Source of the DNA: an uncultured Gammaproteobacteria bacterium | GTDB taxonomy: Bacteria; Patescibacteriota; Patescibacteriia; UBA9934 | DNA length: 32,000 nucleotides | Assembly: GCA_964355955.1 (NCBI GenBank) | Contig: CAYHFQ010000006.1 | Location: forward strand, 11,633 to 43,632 | Direction of reading: 5' to 3' | Shown here: piece after piece, positions 1-8,258 of the stretch | Layout of the letters: each line of letters begins with the position of its first letter | Position numbering within the stretch: position 1 is the stretch's first letter | Translations under genes and position numbers: made by a program | Notes under the pieces: generated by a model | What the model was told of the DNA's origin: nothing | Databases searched by the model: none | The model's input: the letters and a program-made list of their open reading frames with translations, nothing else

Positions 1-384
1 ACGTCCTTTGACTTTGAGGACGTAGGAGTTCATGGCGTCGGTTACAAAGTCGGCAGGAACAGCGAAGGCTTCGTGTTCTTCGATGGCTTCAATAGGGACA
101 CCAGCGGTGATGAGACCGGCTAGAGGCAACATGATTGCCATGGGCGAGAGAGGTTCGGTCTCGACGACTTCGATGGAGCGGGCGGCTCCGTTTTCACCGG
201 TGTTAATGATGCCTTTTTCACAGAGGGCTTTGATGTGTTGATGGACGGTGGCGGGGGATGATAGCCCAAGCACGTCCGCAATTTCGCGGTAGGACGGCGT
301 GTAGCCCTGTTCCTGCACGAACTTCTCGATGCAAGAGAGGACTTCGCGCTGTTTTTTTGTGATTGAGGGTAATCTTGGAGACAT
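1..384 (-). CDS. lexA: LexA repressor, N-terminal 128 codons (gene continues past the window start)
   Basis: Not in the ORF track because it runs off the window. Reverse-complement translation from ATG at 384-382 gives MSPRLPSITKKQREVLSCIEKFVQEQGYTPSYREIADVLGLSSPATVHQHIKALCEKGII (LexA-type winged HTH), then LPLAGLITAGVPIEA (Ala-Gly cleavage-site region). Confidence 0.85.
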   Translation of the reverse strand, partial: MSPRLPSITKKQREVLSCIEKFVQEQGYTPSYREIADVLGLSSPATVHQHIKALCEKGIINTGENGAARSIEVVETEPLSPMAIMLPLAGLITAGVPIEAIEEHEAFAVPADFVTDAMNSYVLKVKGR

Positions 385-403
385 AATTTGTTGTTTTTTG
401 ACT

Positions 404-450
404 GAACTGTTCTCTATCTGTTCGTATTCTATAACGAACAAAAACCGAAC
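404..450. promoter_or_regulatory. Candidate LexA operator cluster in the lexA-metK divergent region
   Basis: GAAC 404-407 and GTTC 409-412. GTTC 409-412 and GTTC 420-423 form GTTC-N7-GTTC. GAAC 436-439 and GAAC 447-450 form GAAC-N7-GAAC. The palindrome GTTCG (420-424)-N10-CGAAC (435-439) encloses -10-like hexamers (TATAAC on +, TAGAAT on -). Confidence 0.45.
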
Positions 451-545
451 GCAATGTTGGGGTGGGGATAAGTATGTCGAAGCCTGGTTTAAGCTAGGCT
501 TTGGTGCTTTGCTTTAACGTCTAAAATGACTTAAACTCAGGGGGT

Positions 546-1583
546 ATGTTGAAGGTTGTTGAAGCACCATTTCCGGGTCACCCGGACAAAATGTGCGATC
601 AGATAGTGGAAGCGATTGTAGATGAATATCTGCGCCGTGATCCACTAAGTCGCTTGGATTTGCAGGCCTTGGGTAGCCACGGCATGATTATGATTGGTGG
701 CGTGGTGGATAGCCGCGCAGATTTTGATGCGTCTGATTTAGCGCGTACAGTTTATACCAAAATTGGTTACGTTGATGGCCTCGAGCCGTTTGTGAATACG
801 GAACGGCCGACAGAAGATGTGGCGCGCACAATTGTGCAGGGTGGTGCGCAAGGCACGACGGTGGTGCATGGTTATGCCACGCGAGAGACGCGGGAGTTTA
901 TGCCGCGACCGGTGGTTTATGCTAATGCGTTAGCCAAACGCGTGGATGATTTGCGGCGCACTGATCCGTTGTTTAGTTGGCTGAAGCCGGATGGTAAAGT
1001 GCAGGTGGCGATGGATGGCGAGCAGATCGTCGGCGTGACCTTGATTATTGAACATGACGACGTGATGGAGCAGGCTCAGGTACAGTCGTTGTTGTATGAC
1101 GAGGTGATTGTGCCGATTTGTGGAACTGGTGAGGGCATGAAGGTGTTGGTTAATCCTAGCGGGAAGTTTACGAACGGTGGTTTTGCGGCTGGTGTCGGCG
1201 TTAGTGGGCGCAAAGTTTTAGCCGATAGTTACGGCGGGCTGTTGCCGCATGGTGGGGCAAGTACAGCGGGTAAGGATCCATTAAAGCCAGCCAGGGCTGG
1301 GAGTTATATGGCTCGCGCTGTGGCTAAGCAGTTGGTGAGTGAAGGGACGGCAAATAATGTGCTCGTCACTATTGTTTACACGGCTGGCATGAAGGAGCCG
1401 ACCTTGCTTTCGGTACGCGGTGGCGACGGCCTCGATTTGACCGACTTGGTGAAGAAGCGGTTTGATTTCCGACCAGAAGCTATCGTCGAACGTCTGAAGT
1501 TGCGCCAACCGTGGTATGAGGCGACGAGTATTTTTGGACAGTTTGGCAGGCCGGGAGTCCCGTGGGAAGAGCCGCTGGAGTAG
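546..1583 (+). CDS. metK: S-adenosylmethionine synthetase, short divergent form
   Basis: Motifs GHPDKMCDQI, GYATRET, KPDGK, DSYGG and GGASTAGKDPLKPARAGSYMAR are collinear with bacterial MetK. GGGGG Shine-Dalgarno sits 3 nt upstream of the ATG. Confidence 0.85.
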   Translation: MLKVVEAPFPGHPDKMCDQIVEAIVDEYLRRDPLSRLDLQALGSHGMIMIGGVVDSRADFDASDLARTVYTKIGYVDGLEPFVNTERPTEDVARTIVQGGAQGTTVVHGYATRETREFMPRPVVYANALAKRVDDLRRTDPLFSWLKPDGKVQVAMDGEQIVGVTLIIEHDDVMEQAQVQSLLYDEVIVPICGTGEGMKVLVNPSGKFTNGGFAAGVGVSGRKVLADSYGGLLPHGGASTAGKDPLKPARAGSYMARAVAKQLVSEGTANNVLVTIVYTAGMKEPTLLSVRGGDGLDLTDLVKKRFDFRPEAIVERLKLRQPWYEATSIFGQFGRPGVPWEEPLE

Positions 1584-1678
1584 AACTAAGCCTAAAAAGC
1601 TTTTCTAGCTGCGCACTCAAACTAGTCGCAAATCTGAAGGTTCTATAAGGGAGAGTCGTTTTCTGCTATACTTCCCTC

Positions 1679-2503
1679 ATGATTAAGAAATCGATCATGT
1701 GGACGACGGTGTTTGTGTTCTTGGCGCTTGGGAGCGTGTGGTTTATGTTTACAGCCAATCCTGAGGAGATGGTGATAGCGAGTACGGATGGGGAAGTGAC
1801 GGTGACGGGAATAGCGAGGGAGAGTGCGCCGTTGGCTATAACGACTGTAGCGGACGCTAGACCGAAGATTGAGAATGGCGGTTCGTCGATTAGTAAGAGT
1901 TATTTGATTAAGCCAGATGTGACGCCGCTCACCAAACCGGTGGTTTTGACGTGGCAGCTTGCCCCAGTAGCAGACGCTGAGAGTGTTGCTACGGGGTTGG
2001 CCCCAGCAGTAGACGACGGTGTCGTCACGGCGGGGCTTGCGGTTTATAGATTTAATGAAGATTCATTGATGTGGGAGATGGTGTTGCCGATTGTTGCTTA
2101 TAGCGACACGATGTTGGCAGTGGAAACGTCGATTTTGGGGACTTTTGCGTTAGGTAAGAGAGAGATGGTGACAGTACCGGAATTTGTGGAAGTATATAAA
2201 GATATTTTAGTTTCTAGGCCGGAGGAGGCAGTTGGTTTTGTAACGACGGTTGGCTATGCGCGGAAAGGGGAGTCGATAGTTAAGTTACCAAGCGGGGGAC
2301 AGCAAGGCGGATGTGGCGGAGCTGTGAAGCCAGGTGTGAGTGAACAGAAATCGACCGTGACACGAGACGTGACTTTACTCGTCGACGATGTGCAGACTAA
2401 GGTGACGCTGACGTTTTTTACGCGTTGGCTGATGGGGGATGGTTGCCCTGTGGATGAGCCGTTTATAGCGGCGCAAAATTATGGTATACTGCCGACATCG
2501 TAG
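1679..2503 (+). CDS. Hypothetical protein with N-terminal signal anchor
   Basis: Long ORF with hydrophobic N-terminus MWTTVFVFLALGSVWFMF. No recognisable domain. Confidence 0.55.
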   Translation: MIKKSIMWTTVFVFLALGSVWFMFTANPEEMVIASTDGEVTVTGIARESAPLAITTVADARPKIENGGSSISKSYLIKPDVTPLTKPVVLTWQLAPVADAESVATGLAPAVDDGVVTAGLAVYRFNEDSLMWEMVLPIVAYSDTMLAVETSILGTFALGKREMVTVPEFVEVYKDILVSRPEEAVGFVTTVGYARKGESIVKLPSGGQQGGCGGAVKPGVSEQKSTVTRDVTLLVDDVQTKVTLTFFTRWLMGDGCPVDEPFIAAQNYGILPTS

Positions 2504-2548
2504 TAGTTTGAAAGTAATAATATAATCAAAATTTTAAGGAGGAAAAAT

Positions 2549-2815
2549 ATGATTACGCCAAAGAAGCGAGCAGCCGTGAGTCGTGCTAAGAAGTCCGTGT
2601 CGCCAATTTCTTTGCAGAATAGTTTTAGTAAGAAGGGCTGCGATGCTTGCAACTCCTTGCCGGTTGGCAGCATTGAATTGACGGCACTGATGTTGGTCTT
2701 GGTGTTCTCTTTGTCCGCCGTGTTGTTTACGTCAGTTTTTGCCTTACAGACTAAGAATGCAGAGATCAAGCAGTTGCAGAGTCAAGTGTCGGCCAACTTG
2801 CCAGTAGCTGAATAA
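2549..2815 (+). CDS. Small bitopic membrane protein with a short coiled-coil tail
   Basis: Strong SD AAGGAGG 6 nt upstream. Basic N-terminus, one TM segment (LTALMLVLVFSLSAVLFTSVFAL), then QTKNAEIKQLQSQV. Confidence 0.55.
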   Translation: MITPKKRAAVSRAKKSVSPISLQNSFSKKGCDACNSLPVGSIELTALMLVLVFSLSAVLFTSVFALQTKNAEIKQLQSQVSANLPVAE

Positions 2816-2827
2816 TCAAGTAAAAAG

Positions 2828-2857
2828 AAGGGGTCAGAATTGACTCCTTTATTATTT
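2828..2857 (+). terminator. Intrinsic terminator-like hairpin
   Basis: Stem AAGGGGTCA / TGACTCCTT (one G-U pair), loop GAAT, followed by a T-rich run TTTATTATTT. Confidence 0.55.
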
Positions 2858-2859
2858 CT

Positions 2860-3510
2860 ATGAAGAAATCGACGAAGGTCCTAGTGACTTTAGCGACGTT
2901 GTCTATGCTCGGTGCCGGCTGTTCGGCTAGTAAGCCAGTAGCCACGACTGTGCCAGGTACGCAGGATGCCGCAGCTGCGACGACCGATAAGCCAGTAGAT
3001 TCTACTCAATCTTTACCAACCCCAGTTATGGATACAGCTTTGACATTTCCTGGCGTTTTGCCCGCCGAACAGATTAACGGCAAAGAAGTCAAGATCAGCA
3101 CAGCTAAGGGCGACATCGTGATTAAGCTTTACCCAGACACGGCGCCGAATACAGTTTCCAACTTTGTTTACTTGATTAGCCAGAAGTTCTATGATGGCGT
3201 TATTTTCCACCGTCGTGAAGAGGGCTTCGTAATTCAGGGTGGTGACCCAACTGGCACCGGCCGTGGCGGTCCTGGTTACAGCTTTGCGGATGAGTTGAAG
3301 GACGACAAGACTTACAAGCGTGGTACTGTAGCTATGGCTAATGCTGGGCCAAACACGAATGGTAGTCAGTTCTTTGTGATGTTGGACAACGTGGCTTTGC
3401 CGCACTTGTACACGATCTTTGGTGAAGTAACCGAGGGTATGGATGTGGTGGACAAGATCGCCGTGGGTGACAAGATGACAAGCGTTACTTTGGAAGAAGC
3501 AGTTAAATAA
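2860..3510 (+). CDS. Cyclophilin-type peptidyl-prolyl cis-trans isomerase, lipoprotein
   Basis: Lipobox LGAGCS. Cyclophilin motifs FHRREEGFVIQGGDPTGTGRGGPGY and MANAGPNTNGSQFFV. Confidence 0.9.
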   Translation: MKKSTKVLVTLATLSMLGAGCSASKPVATTVPGTQDAAAATTDKPVDSTQSLPTPVMDTALTFPGVLPAEQINGKEVKISTAKGDIVIKLYPDTAPNTVSNFVYLISQKFYDGVIFHRREEGFVIQGGDPTGTGRGGPGYSFADELKDDKTYKRGTVAMANAGPNTNGSQFFVMLDNVALPHLYTIFGEVTEGMDVVDKIAVGDKMTSVTLEEAVK

Positions 3511-3531
3511 TGAAAAAAAAAGGAGATAAAC

Positions 3532-3557
3532 AAAAACGAGCCAATTGGCTCGTTTTT
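3532..3557. terminator. Bidirectional intrinsic terminator between the PPIase gene and rpmA
   Basis: AAAAACGAGCC-AATT-GGCTCGTTTTT, with A/T runs on both sides. Confidence 0.75.
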
Positions 3558-3584
3558 GTAACTGTACTTAAAGGCCCCCTCCAA

Positions 3585-3604
3585 CTCCCCCATGACTGGG
3601 GGAG
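3585..3604 (-). terminator. GC-rich hairpin immediately after the rpmA stop
   Basis: CTCCCCCA-TGAC-TGGGGGAG: 8-bp stem with a 4-nt loop. Confidence 0.45.
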
Positions 3605-3607
3605 GGT

Positions 3608-3880
3608 TTACTTTACGCTGACGAAAGTGCGCTGCTTGAGAACGCCGGTAAAGTTTGGCATTTTCTTTTTCATGAAACCAACAACGCCAGAAGTGATGGC
3701 GTACAAGGTGTCGTCCTTGGCGCGACGGACGTTAGCGCCTGGGTGGATAGCGGTACCGCGCTGACGGACCAAAATTTCACCGGAGAGGACTTTAGTGCCG
3801 TCGCTGCGCTTGACGCCGAGGCGTTGGGCGCGGGAATCTCGGCCGTTAGTTGTAGAGCCTTGAGCTTTTTTGTGTGCCAT
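3608..3880 (-). CDS. rpmA: 50S ribosomal protein L27
   Basis: [25 protein letters not shown]... is canonical L27. SD AAGGAAG lies upstream. Confidence 0.95.
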   Translation of the reverse strand: MAHKKAQGSTTNGRDSRAQRLGVKRSDGTKVLSGEILVRQRGTAIHPGANVRRAKDDTLYAITSGVVGFMKKKMPNFTGVLKQRTFVSVK

Positions 3881-4016
3881 AGAATTCCAGAACTTCCTTA
3901 TTAATAGGAAAGTGCCGCGTTATTAGTAGAGGTATTTCGGCGGTACTATAGCTAAAATGGGGGGTATCGTCAAGGTAGGCTGGTGAGTGAGAGACAATTA
4001 GGGTATACTGCAGGCT

Positions 4017-4244
4017 ATGGAAGCGCTTATATTGTCGATTTTAGCTGAAGTTAGCAGTCGTTTGGCAGGACACGGGGGAGGCGTTGAATTTGTGAGATTT
4101 ACGGAGGAAACTGGCATATTGGAGGTTAGTTTTGCTGGTGCTTGCCGAACTTGTCCGTTAGCCGCTTTTACCTTGGAACATGGCGTGGCGGCGGCTGTTA
4201 AAGAACGAATTCCAGCTGTCCTTAAAGTAATTCTTGTCTCATAA
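4017..4244 (+). CDS. NifU-like (Nfu C-terminal domain) Fe-S cluster protein
   Basis: GGGVEFV...GACRTCPLAAFTLEHGV CxxC motif. TATACT (4004-4009) ends 7 nt before the ATG and there is no SD. Confidence 0.8.
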   Translation: MEALILSILAEVSSRLAGHGGGVEFVRFTEETGILEVSFAGACRTCPLAAFTLEHGVAAAVKERIPAVLKVILVS

Positions 4245-4249
4245 AACGT

Positions 4250-4615
4250 GTGGCTGCTTTTCTTAAAAACCTACGTTTTGCTCGCTTAGCCCTGGTTATT
4301 TGTGGTCTGTTGTTGCTGGCTGGGGTGCTGCTCGTTTGGTTTGCCTTGTTTCCGGCAGTGGAAACCTGGCGTGTTGTGCCACTCCATTATAATATTCACC
4401 TTGGTGTGGATAAGGTTGGCAAGTGGTGGGAGCTTTTTGTTCCTTCGGGGATTGGCGTAATTTTAACCTTGCTTAATGCTGGTTATGCGTCAATAATTTG
4501 GAAGCGCGAAAAGGTGATTGCTTATGCGGCGATTGTGACGGCGGTGATAGTCGATGCTTTAATTCTGATTCACTTAATTTTCCTTGTTCATTTGAACGTC
4601 ACTTATTATGCTTGA
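4250..4615 (+). CDS. Hypothetical integral membrane protein (GTG start)
   Basis: Three predicted hydrophobic helices. Overlaps the mraY start by 8 nt. Confidence 0.55.
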   Translation: MAAFLKNLRFARLALVICGLLLLAGVLLVWFALFPAVETWRVVPLHYNIHLGVDKVGKWWELFVPSGIGVILTLLNAGYASIIWKREKVIAYAAIVTAVIVDALILIHLIFLVHLNVTYYA

Positions 4616-5663
4616 TGCCTTTGCCTTGTCGAAAATTTTGGTCTTGGCCACGTTGTCGTTTTTGCTGGCCTTGGCCTGGACGCCACTTTTGACGCATTTT
4701 CTGTATCGTTTCCGTTTGGGAAAGTCGATTAGAAGTGCAGTTACGGCTCCAATGTTCGCCAAACTTCACGCTAAAAAGGCTGGAGTGCCTACGATGGGCG
4801 GGTTGCTCATGTGGGTAACGCCATTAGTGCTAGCTTTGATATTTTTCATCATCGCTGGATTAGCACCGGACTCCGCGATTGGCCAACTGAACTTCCTGTC
4901 ACGTCAGCAAACTTGGTTGCCATTATTCGCTCTGGTGGCTGCTGGCTTGCTTGGCTTAGTTGATGACTACTTGAACGTACGCGGAATTGGAGAGCATGGT
5001 GGCGGGATTCATATTCGTCATCGCTTGGTATTGTATACGATTATTGCGGCGATTGGTGCCTGGTGGTTTTACGTCAAATTGGGTTGGGATTCTCTGCATA
5101 TTCCGTTAGTCGGTAGCGTGACGATCGGCTGGTGGTATATTCCTTTGTTCATTGCGGTAATTGTCGCTACGTCATTTTCCGTTAATCAGACGGACGGTTT
5201 GGACGGTTTGGCTGGTGGGACACTGGCGTCGGCCTTTGGCGCCTATGCCGTGATTGCTTTGTTACAAGGGCAGGTCGACTTGGCTGCTTTCTGCGCGGTA
5301 ATTATGGGAGCGTTGTTCGCTTTCCTGTGGTTCAATATTTGGCCAGCCAGGTTTATTATGGGCGATACTGGGGCGATGTCGCTTGGGGTGACGCTTGGCG
5401 TGGTCGCGATGTTGACTGATTCGGCTTTGCTTTTACCAATCATTGGTATCGTCTTTGTAGTGGAAGCGGTGACGACAGCGATTCAGTTGATTTCCAAGAA
5501 GTTATTTCACAAAAAGGTGTTTTTGATTGCGCCGATTCATCATCATTTTGAAGCGAAGGGCTGGCCAGAGCCAAAAGTGGTTATGAGATTCTGGTTACTC
5601 TCTTGGATGGGGGCGGCGATTGGCTTGATTGTGGCGTTGCTCGATACCGCCTTGCTAGGATAG
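4608..5663 (+). CDS. mraY: Phospho-N-acetylmuramoyl-pentapeptide transferase
   Basis: Motifs DDYLNVRG, NQTDGLDGLAGG, GDTGAMSLG and APIHHHFE. Confidence 0.95.
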   Translation: MLDAFALSKILVLATLSFLLALAWTPLLTHFLYRFRLGKSIRSAVTAPMFAKLHAKKAGVPTMGGLLMWVTPLVLALIFFIIAGLAPDSAIGQLNFLSRQQTWLPLFALVAAGLLGLVDDYLNVRGIGEHGGGIHIRHRLVLYTIIAAIGAWWFYVKLGWDSLHIPLVGSVTIGWWYIPLFIAVIVATSFSVNQTDGLDGLAGGTLASAFGAYAVIALLQGQVDLAAFCAVIMGALFAFLWFNIWPARFIMGDTGAMSLGVTLGVVAMLTDSALLLPIIGIVFVVEAVTTAIQLISKKLFHKKVFLIAPIHHHFEAKGWPEPKVVMRFWLLSWMGAAIGLIVALLDTALLG

Positions 5664-5678
5664 ATAACCCAGTAATCA

Positions 5679-6791
5679 TTGCGTATGGAGCGAGGCGAGG
5701 GGGCAGTTGATCGCGGATTTCTACTGCTACTTGGTGGCATGGTGCTGTTTGGTTTGGTGATGTTGACGTCTGCTTCGTTCCCACTTGGTTTGAGTAAATT
5801 TGGTAATGGTTATTATTACTTGATTCACCAAGTTATCTTTGGCTTGTTGCCTGGCTTGGTTGGTTTTGCCATTGCCTATAAGCTGCCTTACACGGTTTAC
5901 AGGCGTTATGCTGGAGTGATGTTGTTCGTGTCGATTGCTCTATTGTTGTTAGTATTTATTCCTGGCATCGGTAAAGAGTTTGGTGGTTCACGAAGCTGGA
6001 TTGTGATTGGTTCGTTCTCCATGCAGCCTTCTGAGTTAGTGAAGCTGACATTTATGTTCTATTTGGCTGGCTGGCTGGAGAAGCGCAGTCAGCATGAGTT
6101 AAAGGATTTTTCTAAAGGTGTTTTACCGTTCCTATGCGTGCTTGGCGTGATTGCTTTCTTTTTGATTGAGCAGCCGGACACTGGCAGTATGTCGATTATT
6201 GTGGCTATGGCTTTAGCTACTTACTTTTCGGCTGGAGCGCCACTTAAGTATTTGCCGGGGGTAGTAGCGGCTGGCGTCGCTGGTTTGGCGTTATTGATTA
6301 AATTATCGCCGTACCGAGCAGCCCGATTCACGACCTTTTTGCATCCGGAACTTGATCCGCAGGGCGTGGGTTATCACATTAACCAGGCGTTGTTAGCGAT
6401 TGGCTCTGGCGGCTTGTTTGGTCGGGGCTATGGGCATTCATTGCAGAAATTTCAGTATTTACCAGAGGTGGCTGGCGACTCTATTTTTGCGGTGATTGGT
6501 GAGGAATTGGGTTTGATTTTTACTTGGGCTTTTTTGGCTCTAAATTTAGCTTTTTTATGGCGAGGTTTCCGGATTGCAGAACGTGCACCGGACGGCTTTA
6601 GTCGTTACCTAGTTGTTGGTATAATGACCTGGCTAGGCGTGCAGGCGGTGGTTAATATCGGAGCGATGGTCGGCTTGTTGCCGATTACGGGCGTACCATT
6701 ACCGCTCGTGAGTTATGGTGGTACGGCGCTCGTGGTCACGCTGACGGCTATGGGAATTGTGGCCAATGTGTCGAAGCATGGTAAAGGATGA
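5679..6791 (+). CDS. ftsW: SEDS-family peptidoglycan polymerase FtsW/RodA (TTG start at 5679, or ATG at 5685)
   Basis: Polytopic membrane protein. Motifs GGSRSWI, QPSELVKL and TGVPLPLVSYGGTAL. Positioned between mraY and murG. Confidence 0.9.
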   Translation: MRMERGEGAVDRGFLLLLGGMVLFGLVMLTSASFPLGLSKFGNGYYYLIHQVIFGLLPGLVGFAIAYKLPYTVYRRYAGVMLFVSIALLLLVFIPGIGKEFGGSRSWIVIGSFSMQPSELVKLTFMFYLAGWLEKRSQHELKDFSKGVLPFLCVLGVIAFFLIEQPDTGSMSIIVAMALATYFSAGAPLKYLPGVVAAGVAGLALLIKLSPYRAARFTTFLHPELDPQGVGYHINQALLAIGSGGLFGRGYGHSLQKFQYLPEVAGDSIFAVIGEELGLIFTWAFLALNLAFLWRGFRIAERAPDGFSRYLVVGIMTWLGVQAVVNIGAMVGLLPITGVPLPLVSYGGTALVVTLTAMGIVANVSKHGKG

Positions 6792-6797
6792 GGGATG

Positions 6798-6823
6798 GTA
6801 GATTGTAGAGAGTAGATAGTAGA
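6798..6823. repeat. Heptad array (GTAGANN)x4 in the ftsW-murG spacer
   Basis: GTAGA at 6798, 6805, 6812 and 6819: exact 7-nt period. Confidence 0.8.
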
Positions 6824-6834
6824 ATTATAATATT

Positions 6835-7917
6835 ATGTCTCAAGAGCAACATTTTTTACTAACCGGTGGTGGGACGCTCGGCAGCGTGACCCCGCTTTTA
6901 GCAATTGCGGCGGAATTACGGAAGCGAAATGCTAATGTATCGCTGTCATTTATTGGCACGCCGAATGGTCCTGAGCGATTGATTGTGGAGAGCCAACGGA
7001 TCCCTTTTTGGCAGTTGGCGGCGCCGAAACTTGACCGTCATCGTAAGTGGCTGTGGCCTATTTTACCGTTCATGTTTTTCTTTAGTTGGTTGCGGGCGTT
7101 GCGCCTGTTGTATGTCATGAAGCCGAACTTTGTTTTTGCGGCTGGTGGTTATGTTGGCGTGCCGGTCGCTTGGGCAGCGTTCTTTTTACGCATTCCGGTT
7201 TGGGTGCATCAGTTAGATGTATTGCCAGGCTTGGCGAATAAGCTGATGGCGCCAGTAGCTAAGAAAATTAGTGTTACTTTTGAAGAAACGGCTAGACATT
7301 TTTCGGCTAAAAAGACGATAGTGGTGGGTAGTATGGTGCGCCAGGCGATTCGTCATGGCGAAAGGGAGATTGCTTTGCAGCGTTATGGGTTTAACGTGGC
7401 TCTGCCGACCTTGTTAGTGGTTGGTGGTGGCACAGGTGCGGCGGCGATTAACGAGGCCTGTGCGGTTATTTGGCAGGACTTGGTACCATACATGAACGTG
7501 TTGCATTTGGTGGGTAGAGGTAAAATGTTGACGGCACTCGAACAGGCAAAACCCAGTTATGTGGCACTAGAGTTTTTAAATGAAGGCATGGCCGACGCTT
7601 ACGCGATTGCAGATATTGTAGTGTCGCGAGCAGGTCTAGGAACGATCTCGGAGTTGGCGGCACTGGGTAAGCCGGCGATAATTATTCCAATTCATGAACC
7701 GTTCCAGGAGGCCAATGCTCGAGTTTTGGAAGAACGAAAAGCAGCGCAGGTGATTTGGCATACGACACCACAGATATTAGAACAAACCATTAGGCGCTTG
7801 CTCGACAACCCAGAACTATGTGCAGATCTCAGTAAGAATATTCGAGGATTGTTCGCTTTGAATGCGGACGAACGTATTGCGCACGAAGCTTTGACTTTAT
7901 TAGCTCCAAAACTATGA
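6835..7917 (+). CDS. murG: UDP-GlcNAc:lipid I N-acetylglucosaminyltransferase
   Basis: Motifs GGGTLGSVTPLLAIA, VVGGGTGAAAIN and VVSRAGLGTISELAALGKPAIIIP. Confidence 0.92.
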   Translation: MSQEQHFLLTGGGTLGSVTPLLAIAAELRKRNANVSLSFIGTPNGPERLIVESQRIPFWQLAAPKLDRHRKWLWPILPFMFFFSWLRALRLLYVMKPNFVFAAGGYVGVPVAWAAFFLRIPVWVHQLDVLPGLANKLMAPVAKKISVTFEETARHFSAKKTIVVGSMVRQAIRHGEREIALQRYGFNVALPTLLVVGGGTGAAAINEACAVIWQDLVPYMNVLHLVGRGKMLTALEQAKPSYVALEFLNEGMADAYAIADIVVSRAGLGTISELAALGKPAIIIPIHEPFQEANARVLEERKAAQVIWHTTPQILEQTIRRLLDNPELCADLSKNIRGLFALNADERIAHEALTLLAPKL

Positions 7918-8189
7918 ATAAGGCTCAGTCGTTACGACCAATGTGGATTGGTTTAGCTTGTATGCTTGGGGGCGTGTTGGTAATTTGGTTGACGTTTCAT
8001 TTGGGTCGTGGTGCCACGCAGCAAGTTGTGGATACTACTGTAACTACGCCAGTAACCGAAAATGACAGTACGGGCGGCACAGCCTGTATTCAGGTGATTA
8101 CGCCGGCGAAGAATTTGACGACGGGTGAGGTTGTTGATTATCCAACGCCATGTGATGTGCCAGAAGGTTGGGAGGTAGTGGCAAAATAA
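7914..8189 (+). CDS. Small secreted/anchored protein with a Cys pair
   Basis: ATGA overlap with the murG stop. One TM segment, then C...TPCDVPEGWE. Confidence 0.55.
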   Translation: MNKAQSLRPMWIGLACMLGGVLVIWLTFHLGRGATQQVVDTTVTTPVTENDSTGGTACIQVITPAKNLTTGEVVDYPTPCDVPEGWEVVAK

Positions 8190-8258
8190 TTTAAAAAGAA
8201 GAACCGCTGCCTCACGCGCGGCTCTTCAAGAGAAGTTGAAGAGGGGTGAGGTGGCGGT

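Noticed and set aside
455-545. Possible SAM riboswitch in the metK leader, given a small hairpin AAGCCT/AGGCTT at 479-501.
   Set aside because: I cannot find the conserved cores of the SAM-I, SAM-II/V or SAM-SAH classes. One 6-bp hairpin is not evidence. It would need a covariance-model scan.
3510-3764. Plus-strand ORF antisense to rpmA, and 3366-3593 on the minus strand.
   Set aside because: They overlap the unambiguous L27 and cyclophilin genes and span the terminator hairpins.
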